A stretch of DNA of 48,339 nucleotides from an uncultured Bacilli bacterium (GTDB lineage Bacteria; Bacillota_I; Bacilli_A; RF39; UBA660), in the NCBI GenBank assembly GCA_944363595.1, contig CALVUN010000038.1:1-48339 (forward strand), read 5' to 3'. Numbering within the stretch: the first letter of the stretch is position 1; every line of letters begins with the position of its first letter. The notes under the pieces are model-generated. The model had not been told where the DNA came from, ran no database searches, and was given only the letters and a program-made list of their open reading frames with translations. A program made the translations under genes and the position numbers. This document shows, piece by piece, positions 31,762-43,624 of the stretch.

Positions 31762-31823
31762 GCAAATAAAAAAAGCTACTATTTAGTTTACAATGATTTT
31801 TGTAAACATCAAAGTAGCTTTTT
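31762..31823 (-). terminator. Long compound hairpin terminating the collagen-like/glycosyltransferase operon
   Basis: Outer stem AAAAAGCTACT / AGTAGCTTTTT (31770-31780 / 31813-31823) and inner stem GTTTACAA / TTGTAAAC. It starts 2 nt after the glycosyltransferase stop and has a T-rich tail on the minus strand. Confidence 0.6.
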
Positions 31824-31824
31824 A

Positions 31825-33864
<2,040 letters not shown>

Positions 33865-34049
33865 TTAAATCCATCCTTTCATTACTATCATATGAAAGAA
33901 GACTAATAAAAATAATAACAAAAGCATAAAAAAATAATTATTTTTAAAAATAGATTAAAATATTATGTAAAAACAGATATTTTTTTTAAAAAATATATTG
34001 AAAAAAACCGGACATTTTGTTTTAAAAATCACAAACTTAAAAAATAATA

Positions 34050-34078
34050 TTGAAGTAATTTTACAATAATGATATAAT
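34050..34078 (+). promoter_or_regulatory. Sigma-A promoter of tRNA-Gln
   Basis: TTGAAG, 17 nt, TATAAT, 12 nt upstream of the tRNA 5' end. Confidence 0.65.
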
Positions 34079-34090
34079 ATTACCAGTAAT

Positions 34091-34166
34091 TGCCCCATAG
34101 CCAAGCGGTAAGGCATCGGACTCTGACTCCGACATTTCGAAAGTTCGAATCTTTCTGGGGCAGCCA
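34091..34166 (+). tRNA. tRNA-Gln (anticodon CTG)
   Basis: Acceptor stem TGCCCCA/TGGGGCA, anticodon stem TCGGA/TCCGA with loop CTCTGAC, T-arm GAAAG-TTCGAAT-CTTTC and an encoded CCA. The variable loop appears 1 nt longer than standard by hand folding. Confidence 0.85.
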
Positions 34167-34263
34167 ATTTGAATAATATAATTTAATATAAAAGTCCGGT
34201 CCAACACCGGATTAATATCTATCTAAATAATAAATTATTATTAAATTAAGAAAGAGTGATAAT

Positions 34264-35937
34264 ATGACAAGAAAAGATTTAGCGGATTTAATGTTTCCCA
34301 ATGTAAATATGACAATAGAAGACTACGAAAAAAAATATCCCCCAAGAAAATTACCAGAAGGTGCTATTGTAACAAGATGTGCTCCCAGTCCTACTGGATT
34401 ACTACATATGGGTAATTTACGTTCCTTTGTCATCGCTGAAAAAGTAGCTAAAGATACAAATGGTATTTTCTATTTACGTATTGAAGACACTGATGGTAAA
34501 AGAGCAATTGAAAATGGAATAAAAAAAATAATTGATGCCATTCATAATTTTGATATTCATGTCGATGAAGGAGTTATTTCTGAAACAGAACAGAAAGGTG
34601 CTTATGGTCCTTATATTCAGACGCAAAGAAAAGAAATATACGATGCATATGCCAAATACATGATAGAAAATGATCTTGCATATCCATGTTTTTGTAATGA
34701 AGAAGAAATAGAAGATACCAGAAAAAATCAAGAGGGAAGAAAAGAACGTATTGGTTACTATGGAAAATACGCTCATTGCCGTCATATGAGCATTGATGAA
34801 GCATATGATAAAATTAAAAATGGTGCTAAATATGTTATTAGAATTAAATCACAAGGTAATTATGATAAAAGAATTGTCATTGACGACCTCGTAAAAGGTA
34901 AGGTCGTTTTCCCAGAAAATGATATCGACCATGTTTTAATCAAAAGTGATGGAATCCCTGTTTATCATTTTGCTCATTTAGTTGATGACCATCTTATGCG
35001 TACCACACATATTTTAAGAGGAGAAGAGTGGTTATCATCAACACCATTACATCTAGAATTATTTAAAATGTTTGGCTTTAAGCCACCCAAATATGCCCAT
35101 TTAGGTCTTGTTCTAAAAATTGATGATGATGGTAGCAAAAGAAAATTATCTAAGCGAAAAGATCCAGAAGCATCATTGTCATATTATCATGAAAAAGGTA
35201 TACCTGTCGAAGCAGTTAAATTATATCTTATGACAATTGCCAATACAAATTTTGAAGAATGGATGGATCATAATCCAGATAAGACCATTGATGATTTCAA
35301 ATTCAGTTTCAAAAAAATGAGTGCTAGTGGTTCGTTGTTCGATTTAGAAAAATTATTAAACATATCTAAAAATTACATAAGTAAATTAAACAAAGAAGAA
35401 GTATATAATTATGCACTTGCTTGGGCTTCAGAATTTGATTCAGATTTTGCCAAACTTCTTCAAAAATATAAAGAATATTCTATGGCCATCTTTAATATTG
35501 AAAGAGAACAAAAAAAGCCTCGTAAAGATTATGCAAGTTTTTCAGAAATAAAAAATCAAATTTGGTATATGTATGATGAATTATTTGAAGAAAACTTAGA
35601 ATACCATTTTGCCAAAATTAATGATGCTTTTGAAATTGAGAAAATTCTAAACACATACATAGATGAATATTATGAAGAAAATGATGATAAAGATACATGG
35701 TTCAACAAAATAAAATCATTAACGGATAGTTTAGGATATTGTTCTAACATGAAGGAATACAAACAAAATCCTGATAAATATAAGGGCAGTGTTGCAGATA
35801 TTTCAACAGTTATAAGAGTAGCATTAACAACAAGTACAATGACACCTGATTTATATGAAATATCTAAATTATTAGGAAAAAAACGCCTTTCTGAAAGATT
35901 TAATAGAGCTATAAAAATAATGAAAAAAATAGGTTAA
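34264..35937 (+). CDS. gltX: Glutamate--tRNA ligase, long (557 aa) form
   Basis: Class I motifs: PSPTGLLHMGNLRS (HIGH-type) and KLSKRK (KMSKS-type). YLRIEDTD is typical of GluRS rather than bacterial GlnRS. Confidence 0.85.
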   Translation: MTRKDLADLMFPNVNMTIEDYEKKYPPRKLPEGAIVTRCAPSPTGLLHMGNLRSFVIAEKVAKDTNGIFYLRIEDTDGKRAIENGIKKIIDAIHNFDIHVDEGVISETEQKGAYGPYIQTQRKEIYDAYAKYMIENDLAYPCFCNEEEIEDTRKNQEGRKERIGYYGKYAHCRHMSIDEAYDKIKNGAKYVIRIKSQGNYDKRIVIDDLVKGKVVFPENDIDHVLIKSDGIPVYHFAHLVDDHLMRTTHILRGEEWLSSTPLHLELFKMFGFKPPKYAHLGLVLKIDDDGSKRKLSKRKDPEASLSYYHEKGIPVEAVKLYLMTIANTNFEEWMDHNPDKTIDDFKFSFKKMSASGSLFDLEKLLNISKNYISKLNKEEVYNYALAWASEFDSDFAKLLQKYKEYSMAIFNIEREQKKPRKDYASFSEIKNQIWYMYDELFEENLEYHFAKINDAFEIEKILNTYIDEYYEENDDKDTWFNKIKSLTDSLGYCSNMKEYKQNPDKYKGSVADISTVIRVALTTSTMTPDLYEISKLLGKKRLSERFNRAIKIMKKIG

Positions 35938-35966
35938 TAATAAAGATAACCTATTTTATTTTTTAT
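35929..35966 (+). terminator. Rho-independent terminator overlapping the gltX stop
   Basis: ATAGGTTA-loop-TAACCTAT followed by TTTATTTTTT. Confidence 0.65.
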
Positions 35967-36365
35967 CATAAAGTATACAACAGTAAAACAGAAAAAAATA
36001 ATTTATTGCTTTTTACACCACCATTTGTTATAATAAAAAAAGCAAATAAATAGCAATTATCGATTAAAAATAATTAGCAATCATTAAATGTAACATCAAT
36101 AAATAAATAGATTGAAACATAATAAAATACAAATTACCTTGCTTAAAAAATAATTTTTATATTTATTTGAGTTATAAAGTCCATAACTAACAAGTAATGA
36201 TACATACTATAATAGTAAACATATTTAAAAAAATATAAAACAAAGATATAAACAATTTAAAGTTTTAACTATTTTACTTATAAAATAGAATAAAAAAATA
36301 GTTATATAAATTAATCACAATCAAATTTATTACTTATAAAATAACTATACGAGGAGAAGTAAAAT

Positions 36366-37643
36366 ATGAAAAAATTAAAATTCAATAACGAACCATTTAT
36401 TATTAAAAACAAAAGATTTAATACCATAGATTTTATTTTTCTTTATCCATATCCATACGAAAAAAAAGATATGTATGATATAAGACTTTTAAAAAATCTA
36501 TTAAAATGCACTTCCAAAGATTATCCTACCGAACAAGAATTTAAAAAACAGCTACTAAAGAAAATGATTATTGGTTACGATGTTAGAACCATTATTATTA
36601 ATAAAAATTTATATTTTGAAATTTCACTATTTATTCCTAATCCTAATAAAGTTAAAACATTCAATTTAGATGAAGCATTTTCATTTTTTATAAACGCCAT
36701 ATATAATCCAAATATCACGGCTGACGAATTTAATGTTAAACAATTTCAAAGAGAAAAAAAATATTTAGCCGCTTCCATTAACAATAATATGAAAAATATT
36801 TATAATTATAGTTATCAACGTTTTATTAATTATTATGATAATATCGGTAATTTAAAAAATAATATTTTTACCAATCAACCATTATTAGAAAAAACAACAC
36901 CATTAAGTGTTTTTAAATGTTATCAAAAAATTATAACTAATAACGAACCACTTATTATCATTTTTGGTGATATATCTAATAAGCAGGTAAATGATCTTTT
37001 TGAAAAATATCATCCATATCACCATCAAAACATTGTCATCAATAAAGATTACTATGAATTTTTATCACCAAGAAAAGAATACCAATATATAGAAGAAACT
37101 TCCCATTATAATCAATCAGTATTATATTTAGGTTACAAAGTTTTAGATATGCAAGAGGAAGACCGTGAATATCTAGAATTATTAGGTCGCATTATCGATA
37201 GCAGATCAACTAACTTACTTTTTAAAGCCTTAAGATTAAATAATAATCTTGTTTACCAAACAGGTCTAAATTTCAATACCAATTATGGTATTATATACAT
37301 TAATGCATATTTACATAAAAATTCCAAAGATAAAGCTATTAAAATTATCAAAGAACTTATCGATAACTTAAATAATAAAGAACAAATATCTCAGTATATA
37401 AAAATAATTTTAGAAGAAATAGATAAACAATTAATAAGACAAAAAGATTCCAAGTATGCTAATGTTAACAACTATATAAATAAAAAATTACAATTAAATA
37501 CAAATCTTAAAGAAAAATATAACATATATAGTCATATTGCTGTTGACCAATTTTTAGCATTTTTAAAAAGAGTAAAACTAGATACTATTTATTTTTTAAG
37601 GGGAGATGATGAAGAAGATGATGAAAGAAAGCAAAGTATATAA
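36366..37643 (+). CDS. M16 (pitrilysin)-family peptidase-like protein lacking the HxxEH motif (non-catalytic partner)
   Basis: Size and fold-level resemblance to the insulinase family; paired with, and overlapping by 38 nt, the HxxEH-containing gene downstream. No HxxEH found. Confidence 0.5.
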   Translation: MKKLKFNNEPFIIKNKRFNTIDFIFLYPYPYEKKDMYDIRLLKNLLKCTSKDYPTEQEFKKQLLKKMIIGYDVRTIIINKNLYFEISLFIPNPNKVKTFNLDEAFSFFINAIYNPNITADEFNVKQFQREKKYLAASINNNMKNIYNYSYQRFINYYDNIGNLKNNIFTNQPLLEKTTPLSVFKCYQKIITNNEPLIIIFGDISNKQVNDLFEKYHPYHHQNIVINKDYYEFLSPRKEYQYIEETSHYNQSVLYLGYKVLDMQEEDREYLELLGRIIDSRSTNLLFKALRLNNNLVYQTGLNFNTNYGIIYINAYLHKNSKDKAIKIIKELIDNLNNKEQISQYIKIILEEIDKQLIRQKDSKYANVNNYINKKLQLNTNLKEKYNIYSHIAVDQFLAFLKRVKLDTIYFLRGDDEEDDERKQSI

Positions 37644-38901
37644 ACTTAAAAATGGATTAACATTATTATTTTATAAAGATCCAACCAAACATTCAATGGT
37701 AGCGCATATCATTATCAAATATGGTGGTATTAATAATCAATATATTATTAATAATAAAAAATATCAAACTAAAGACGGTATTGCCCATTACTTAGAACAT
37801 CTATTAATTGAACATAGTATTTATGGTAATGCATTAACATATTTTAATAATAAATATATTAATACCAATGGATTCACTAATTCTAAAATAACTAACTTTT
37901 ATATTGAAACAGTAAGTGATTTTGAAAATTCATTAGTAGAATTAATTAATATGGTCAATATTCCAAGTTTTAATAAAGAAGATATAGAAACAACTAAATA
38001 TGCAATTATCGAAGAAATAAGAAAAAACAATGATAATAAATTTCGTAATTTAAACAAAAAAACTTTAAACTGTCTTTTTAAAAACATAGAATATAAAAAT
38101 AACTTAGGAACTGAAGCAACCATCAAAAATTTAACATATGAAGAAATAAAAGAATGCTATAATATTTTTTATCAACCAAGTAATCAAGTTATTGCTATAT
38201 GTGGTAATATAAATATTCCAAAATTAAAAAAGCTAATAACAAAAACATATGAAAATTTAAAAAAAGAAAAAATAGAATACCAACTTCCTAATTATAACGA
38301 ACCCAACGAAGTAGTTAAAAAAGAAGATTATGTAACAGAGGACGTAAATGAAGAATATGTCAAAGTAAGCTATAAAATAAATATAAGTGATTTTACCAAT
38401 TATGAAAAAGTAAAATTAACCTTTTATTTAGAATATTTTTTAGAAAATAATTTTGATGAATCATCAGATGCCTATCGTAAATTAATTTATCAAAAAATGT
38501 CTGTTCATAGTATAAGTCACAATTTTTATCCAATTGACAAATTTATCATAGTAGAAATAGGGACATACACAAATAATAAAAAAGAATTTGTAAATTTAGT
38601 TAATAATACCATTAAAAATAAAAAATTTAATGAAGAATTTTTTCAAATTAGAAAAAATAGAACCATCATTTCCCTTATATTAAGAGAAGAAAATCCAACA
38701 GATATGCTATCACCCCTAATAGATAATGTCATTGTTTTCAACTATTATGAAAATGACAAAATAAGTGATATTGAAAACTATACTTTTGAAGATTATCAAA
38801 ATCAAATTAATAAATTAGATTTTACCAATTACTGTGTAACTGAAATTAGAAAAAAAGAAGTAAAAAGCAAAGAAAAAAAACTTTTAACTGTGGCAAAGTA
38901 A
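37606..38901 (+). CDS. M16-family zinc peptidase (HxxEH present)
   Basis: KLKNGLTLLFYKD... is a typical M16 N-terminus, and GIAHYLEHLL is the inverted zincin motif. The choice among ATGs at 37606, 37609, 37618 and 37621 is uncertain. Confidence 0.7.
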   Translation: MMKKMMKESKVYKLKNGLTLLFYKDPTKHSMVAHIIIKYGGINNQYIINNKKYQTKDGIAHYLEHLLIEHSIYGNALTYFNNKYINTNGFTNSKITNFYIETVSDFENSLVELINMVNIPSFNKEDIETTKYAIIEEIRKNNDNKFRNLNKKTLNCLFKNIEYKNNLGTEATIKNLTYEEIKECYNIFYQPSNQVIAICGNINIPKLKKLITKTYENLKKEKIEYQLPNYNEPNEVVKKEDYVTEDVNEEYVKVSYKINISDFTNYEKVKLTFYLEYFLENNFDESSDAYRKLIYQKMSVHSISHNFYPIDKFIIVEIGTYTNNKKEFVNLVNNTIKNKKFNEEFFQIRKNRTIISLILREENPTDMLSPLIDNVIVFNYYENDKISDIENYTFEDYQNQINKLDFTNYCVTEIRKKEVKSKEKKLLTVAK

Positions 38902-38976
38902 AAATAGTAAAGAAACTATTAATAATATAAATAATTATATTATCAAGATTAATACAAATAAACTATAATAAGACAC

Positions 38977-39005
38977 TTGTCAAGAACTAAATTTAATGAT
39001 AAAAT
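38977..39005 (+). promoter_or_regulatory. Sigma-A promoter of tRNA-Glu
   Basis: TTGTCA, 17 nt, TAAAAT, 34 nt upstream of the tRNA. Confidence 0.55.
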
Positions 39006-39039
39006 AATAATATCTTAAAAAAAGAAATTATTATTTTTT

Positions 39040-39115
39040 GGCCTGTTGGTGAAGTGGTTAACACATAGCCCTCTCAAGGCTACATTCATGGGTTCAAACC
39101 CCATACAGGTCACCA
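39040..39115 (+). tRNA. tRNA-Glu (anticodon CTC)
   Basis: Acceptor stem GGCCTGT/ACAGGTC, anticodon stem TAGCC/GGCTA with loop CTCTCAA, T-arm ATGGG-TTCAAAC-CCCAT and an encoded ACCA end. Close to the Bacillus tRNA-Glu scaffold. Confidence 0.85.
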
Positions 39116-39130
39116 TTTATGTAATTTTAG

Positions 39131-39160
39131 CCCTTATATAACATAAGGGTTTTATTATTT
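39131..39160 (+). terminator. Rho-independent terminator after tRNA-Glu
   Basis: CCCTTAT-ataac-ATAAGGG followed by TTTTATTATTTTT. Confidence 0.7.
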
Positions 39161-39330
39161 TTAATTTTAAAAAATTACTCCAACTTTAGATGCATATCTA
39201 ATATTTAAAAAAATTTTTAAGTCAAAAAAATAATATTGAACATTAAAATGTTAAGTTTACATCAAATATAACAATAAAACTTAAAAAAAACTCCAAAATA
39301 TGATATTATTATTATAAGGAGGCTAGTAAA

Positions 39331-40485
39331 ATGCGAAAAACATTATCACGAATGGATAAACCATTATTAATTATTACAATTGCATTTTTTATCTTTGGTT
39401 TAATAATGATTTTAAGTGCATCATCAATGGAATCATATATGCGCTATGGCTCTAGTCCTTATTATTATTTTATAAGACAAGCTATTTTCCTTATGTGTGG
39501 TGCCATACTTTCTTTAATAATAATCAAAATTCCCATCAGTAAATACCGTATTTTATCTAGACTAGCCATTTTAGCTTCAATCATTGCTTTAGCGGCATTA
39601 ACTATATATGGCTATGCTGCTAATAATGCTCAAAGTTGGTTTCAAATTGGTCCAATGTCAATTCAACCAAGTGAATTTGCCAAAATAGCCATTATTTTAT
39701 ATTTAGCTGTATATTATGACGAAAATAAAGATAAATTAAATAATCAATGGATACTCATTAAGCCACTTTTACTATGTGTAATTATTTTCTTCTTAATTGC
39801 TATGCAACCAGACTTAGGGACGGCTATGGTTGTTGCTTTATTAACAATAATTATCTTTTATTCTGTTCCTATGAAGAAAAAATATCGTAAACTATTTAAT
39901 CGAATTTTCCTTGGCGCCATTGCCATAGTAGTGGCTATTGTAATAACTACTGGAGGATCAATCTTTCGTAATTATCAACTTGAACGATTTAACTTTATAG
40001 ATCCTTGTGATCGTTATCAAGAAGAATCAGGTTATCAGCTATGTAACAGTTTTATTGCATTTTATAATGGAGGATTAACAGGCCAAGGTATAGGTCAAAG
40101 TACTCAAAAATACTTATATTTACCAGAATCGTACACTGACTTCATCTTCCCAATTATCGTCGAAGAGTGGGGGTTACTTGTTGGAGCCATCATCATTATT
40201 TTTTATGGTGTAATTTTATATCGTCTATTAAGATTAGCCAAAAAAGCGACTTGTCTTCGCAATGCCATGATAACGTATGGTGTTTTTGCCTATATATTAT
40301 TACATATTACAATTAATTTAATTGGGGTCATGGGATTAGGACCACTAACAGGTATTCCTTTACCATTCCTAAGTTATGGTGGCTCATATACCATTTCAAT
40401 GATAATAGCATTATCCCTAATCCAAAGAGTAGCTATTGAAACAAATATAGATATTGTAAAGAAAGAAAAAAAGAGGAGAAGATAA
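39331..40485 (+). CDS. SEDS-family protein (FtsW/RodA), paralog 2
   Basis: MDKPLLIITIAFFIFGLIMILSAS.., IQPSEFAKI, QPDLGTA and PLPFLSYGGS. SD AGGAGG. Confidence 0.85.
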   Translation: MRKTLSRMDKPLLIITIAFFIFGLIMILSASSMESYMRYGSSPYYYFIRQAIFLMCGAILSLIIIKIPISKYRILSRLAILASIIALAALTIYGYAANNAQSWFQIGPMSIQPSEFAKIAIILYLAVYYDENKDKLNNQWILIKPLLLCVIIFFLIAMQPDLGTAMVVALLTIIIFYSVPMKKKYRKLFNRIFLGAIAIVVAIVITTGGSIFRNYQLERFNFIDPCDRYQEESGYQLCNSFIAFYNGGLTGQGIGQSTQKYLYLPESYTDFIFPIIVEEWGLLVGAIIIIFYGVILYRLLRLAKKATCLRNAMITYGVFAYILLHITINLIGVMGLGPLTGIPLPFLSYGGSYTISMIIALSLIQRVAIETNIDIVKKEKKRRR

Positions 40486-40487
40486 AT

Positions 40488-41042
40488 ATGAAATTAAATA
40501 ACAAAGGTTTTATGATGGCTGAAGTAATTATTGTATCAGCAATAATAATAACCACAATGGTAAGTTTATATGCGGGCTTTAATCGTGTATACTCAACATA
40601 CAATGAAAGGAATACCTTTTTTAGTTCTGATGGTATCTATGCACTAAAGACCTTTGAAGATTTTTATATTAATGAACAAATAATGAATAAAATAGCAAAT
40701 TCTTTAATCACCAATGATTATATCGATTTAACTAATTGTGATAATACCACTTATTATCAAACAGCATATCAAAAAACACTATGTAATCAAATTAAAAATC
40801 AATATAAAATAAACAAAATAATAGCAACAACTTACGACCTATCAAAAATAGATGCTACAATTAATAACATTGATACAAACGAAGAATACAATGAGACTCT
40901 TAAAGATTACCTCGAATATTATTATAATAATGAAGAAATTCAAACAGCTAACTTTTCTTATTTATTTTTTGTTGAATTAATAACATCCGATAGTGAAAGT
41001 GACGAGCCTACATATAGCTATGCAAATTTAAAAATTAGGTAA
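40488..41042 (+). CDS. Prepilin-type N-terminal cleavage/methylation domain protein (pseudopilin-like)
   Basis: MKLNNKG|FMMAEVIIVSAIIITTMV has Gly at -1, Phe at +1, Glu at +5 and a hydrophobic helix. ATG lies 2 nt after the SEDS stop, with SD AGAGGAG inside the SEDS 3' end. Confidence 0.6.
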   Translation: MKLNNKGFMMAEVIIVSAIIITTMVSLYAGFNRVYSTYNERNTFFSSDGIYALKTFEDFYINEQIMNKIANSLITNDYIDLTNCDNTTYYQTAYQKTLCNQIKNQYKINKIIATTYDLSKIDATINNIDTNEEYNETLKDYLEYYYNNEEIQTANFSYLFFVELITSDSESDEPTYSYANLKIR

Positions 41043-41059
41043 TATAAAATGGACATATT

Positions 41060-41656
41060 TCAATTTCTGTCCATTTTTTCTATCAATTTTTCCTCTTTCA
41101 AAACAATATTGATATTTTTATCCCTTTTTATAACATTATATAAATCCTCATCAACGTCAATCTCATATCTAATCATTTCATTAAAACTTTTTCTTTTAAC
41201 ATTAATATTTTTTAAAATAAAATCTACATATTTTAAATAATCATATCCAAATTCTATAATTAAAAAATAGCCTTTATCCAACCATAGAAAAGAACAATCA
41301 TTTAATATATTAGTAACACATTTAGTATAAGCTCTAACAAGACCACCGGCACCTAGTTTAATTCCTCCAAAATATCTAACAACAACTGCTAAAATATAAT
41401 TAAGATCATTTTTTTCTAATACCTGTAAAATAGGATTGCCTGCTGTACCACTAGGTTCACCGTCATCACTAAACTTTTTAACGTTATCAATAATATAAGC
41501 ATAGCAATAATGATTAGCATTTTTATATTGGCTTTTAACTAAAGAAATTAACTTTTCAACCTCATTAACCTCATTAACCTTATAAAGAATAGTAATAAAG
41601 CGTGAATTTTTTATAATAGTTTCTCCCGTAACATTAATATTGATTGTTTTCATCAC
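41060..41656 (-). CDS. yigZ: YigZ/IMPACT-family protein (UPF0029)
   Basis: ..IKNSRFI.., NANHYCYAYI and DDGEPSGTAGNPILQVL, followed by a C-terminal DUF1949-like part. Confidence 0.8.
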   Translation of the reverse strand: MMKTININVTGETIIKNSRFITILYKVNEVNEVEKLISLVKSQYKNANHYCYAYIIDNVKKFSDDGEPSGTAGNPILQVLEKNDLNYILAVVVRYFGGIKLGAGGLVRAYTKCVTNILNDCSFLWLDKGYFLIIEFGYDYLKYVDFILKNINVKRKSFNEMIRYEIDVDEDLYNVIKRDKNINIVLKEEKLIEKMDRN

Positions 41657-41828
41657 ATCACCAATTAAAATTATACTATCAAATTACTATTTTGACAAAT
41701 TAGAGTATCAATAATTCTTAAAAATAAAAAATAGTAAAACAATATTACCAGTTATATAAAAATATAACTGAAAAATTTACAAAAAATAATTTTTATAATA
41801 TAATATTTCTATCAAAGGAGTGATTAAT

Positions 41829-43616
41829 ATGTTTAAAGAAGAATTATCATTAGTTCCTCATTTACCAGGATGTTATCTCATGAAAAATAGTGATGACAAT
41901 GTCATTTATGTTGGTAAATCCAAAAATCTAAAGAATCGCTTAACTTCGTATTTTAGACAAAAACATACAGGTAAAACTGCAATGCTTGTTAAAGATATTG
42001 ATCACTTTGAATACATTGTAACATCTTCTGAATTAGAAGCCTTACTATTGGAAATAAATCTCATAAAAAAATATAATCCACGTTATAATATTTTACTAAG
42101 AGATGATAAAACATATCCATATATTGAATTAACAAATGAAAAAGTTCCTCGCTTAATTGTTGTAAGAAATCCCAATATTAAAAAAAATAAAAATCGTAAA
42201 TTATTTGGACCATATCCTAATGTAACGGCAGCAAGAAATACTGTTGAAATGATTAATCGCCTATATCCTTTAAGAAAATGTCGTACCTATCAAAAAAAAG
42301 AATGCCTCTACTATCATATTGGAGAGTGCCTTGGTTATTGTAATCAAAATGTTGATGAAGAAATCATAACCAAAATGAAAAATGAAATAATATCTTTTTT
42401 AAATGGCAACTCTGCCATTATAACTAATAAATTAAAAGAAAAAATGGAATTTTATTCTGAAAAAATGCAATATGAAAAAGCTCTAGAATATAAACAATTA
42501 TTAGATAATGTTAATATAACCTTAGAAAAGCAGAAAGTTGAATTAGATGACAACATTAATAGAGATGTAGTAGGGTATTATGCTGAGAACAATTATTTAT
42601 CAGTCCAAATTCTCTTTATAAGAGGGGGAAAATTATTAGATCGTAAAAGAGATATTTTCCCTATGGTAGATACTGTCGAAGAAGAATTAGTAACATATCT
42701 TTCACACTTCTATGATAAACATCAAATAAAGCCTAAAGAAGTATTAACACCGGATATAATCAATAATACCATTTTAGAAGAAGCATTCAATTTAAAGTTC
42801 ATCTCGCCAATAAAAGGTCAAAAGAAAAAACTTGTAGATTTAGCCAATGAAAATGCCAAAATATATTTTGAAGAACAAATGACAACTCTTATCAAAAATG
42901 AAGAAAAAACTAAAAAAGCCATGGAAGAATTAGCTAATTTACTTGATATAAAAAATCTAAGTCGTATTGAATTATTTGATAACTCTAATCTTTTTGGCAG
43001 TTTCAATGTATCAGGAATGGTTGTTTTTATCGATGGCAAACCAGCTAAAAATGAATATCGCAAATTTAAAATAACGAATGATAAAAATGATGATTATAAT
43101 ACCATGCGTGAAGTATTATATCGAAGATACTTTAGAGTGTTAAAAGATAAATTACCACGTCCAGATTTAATCATTGTCGATGGAGGTCTAGGACAATTAC
43201 ATGTTGCAAGGGAAGTTTTAGAAGAACTTCATATGGATATTCATACCGCAGGTCTAAAAAAAGATGACAAACATAGCACATCAGAATTATTAGGAAAAGA
43301 TCCCATTCAAATCATTAATATAGATAAAAAAAGTGATTTATTCCTATTACTTACTAAAATGCAAGATGAAGTTCATAATTATACTATCTCATATCATAAA
43401 CAAATAAGAAGTAAAGGAGCCCTATCAAGTATATTAGATAATATAGAAGGAATAGGGGAGACAAGAAAAAACAAATTATTAAAAAAATACAAGACAATAT
43501 CTAAAATGAAACAAGCAACTATTGAAGAATTAAAAGAAATATTGCCAAATGAAGTAGCAATAAATTTTTATGATTTCCTTAAAAATTATGATCTTAATAT
43601 AAAAAAAGAACCATAA
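41829..43616 (+). CDS. uvrC: Excinuclease ABC subunit C
   Basis: GIY-YIG (PGCYLMKN..IYVGKSKNLKNRL), a UVR domain, an RNase H-like endonuclease domain and a C-terminal (HhH)2. ATG at 41829 follows AAAGGAG. Confidence 0.95.
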   Translation: MFKEELSLVPHLPGCYLMKNSDDNVIYVGKSKNLKNRLTSYFRQKHTGKTAMLVKDIDHFEYIVTSSELEALLLEINLIKKYNPRYNILLRDDKTYPYIELTNEKVPRLIVVRNPNIKKNKNRKLFGPYPNVTAARNTVEMINRLYPLRKCRTYQKKECLYYHIGECLGYCNQNVDEEIITKMKNEIISFLNGNSAIITNKLKEKMEFYSEKMQYEKALEYKQLLDNVNITLEKQKVELDDNINRDVVGYYAENNYLSVQILFIRGGKLLDRKRDIFPMVDTVEEELVTYLSHFYDKHQIKPKEVLTPDIINNTILEEAFNLKFISPIKGQKKKLVDLANENAKIYFEEQMTTLIKNEEKTKKAMEELANLLDIKNLSRIELFDNSNLFGSFNVSGMVVFIDGKPAKNEYRKFKITNDKNDDYNTMREVLYRRYFRVLKDKLPRPDLIIVDGGLGQLHVAREVLEELHMDIHTAGLKKDDKHSTSELLGKDPIQIINIDKKSDLFLLLTKMQDEVHNYTISYHKQIRSKGALSSILDNIEGIGETRKNKLLKKYKTISKMKQATIEELKEILPNEVAINFYDFLKNYDLNIKKEP

Positions 43617-43624
43617 GGTCTTTT

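Noticed and set aside
33955-34167. 70-aa minus-strand ORF
   Set aside because: It overlaps the tRNA-Gln gene and its promoter, so it is an antisense reading of a tRNA with no SD.
34167-34263. T-box or other leader riboswitch upstream of gltX
   Set aside because: Only about 97 nt are available. They contain one short hairpin (TCCGGT-ccaaca-CCGGA) and no specifier or T-box sequence.
35938-36365. Replication origin or dif site in the long AT-rich spacers (also 31528-31824 and 18661-18902)
   Set aside because: I found no DnaA-box (TTATCCACA/TGTGGATAA) clusters and no match to the Firmicute dif consensus (..TTCCTAGAATATATATTATGTAAACT).
41049-41240. 63-aa plus-strand ORF after the pseudopilin gene
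   Set aside because: It is antisense to the 3' end of yigZ, with a low-complexity hydrophobic translation.
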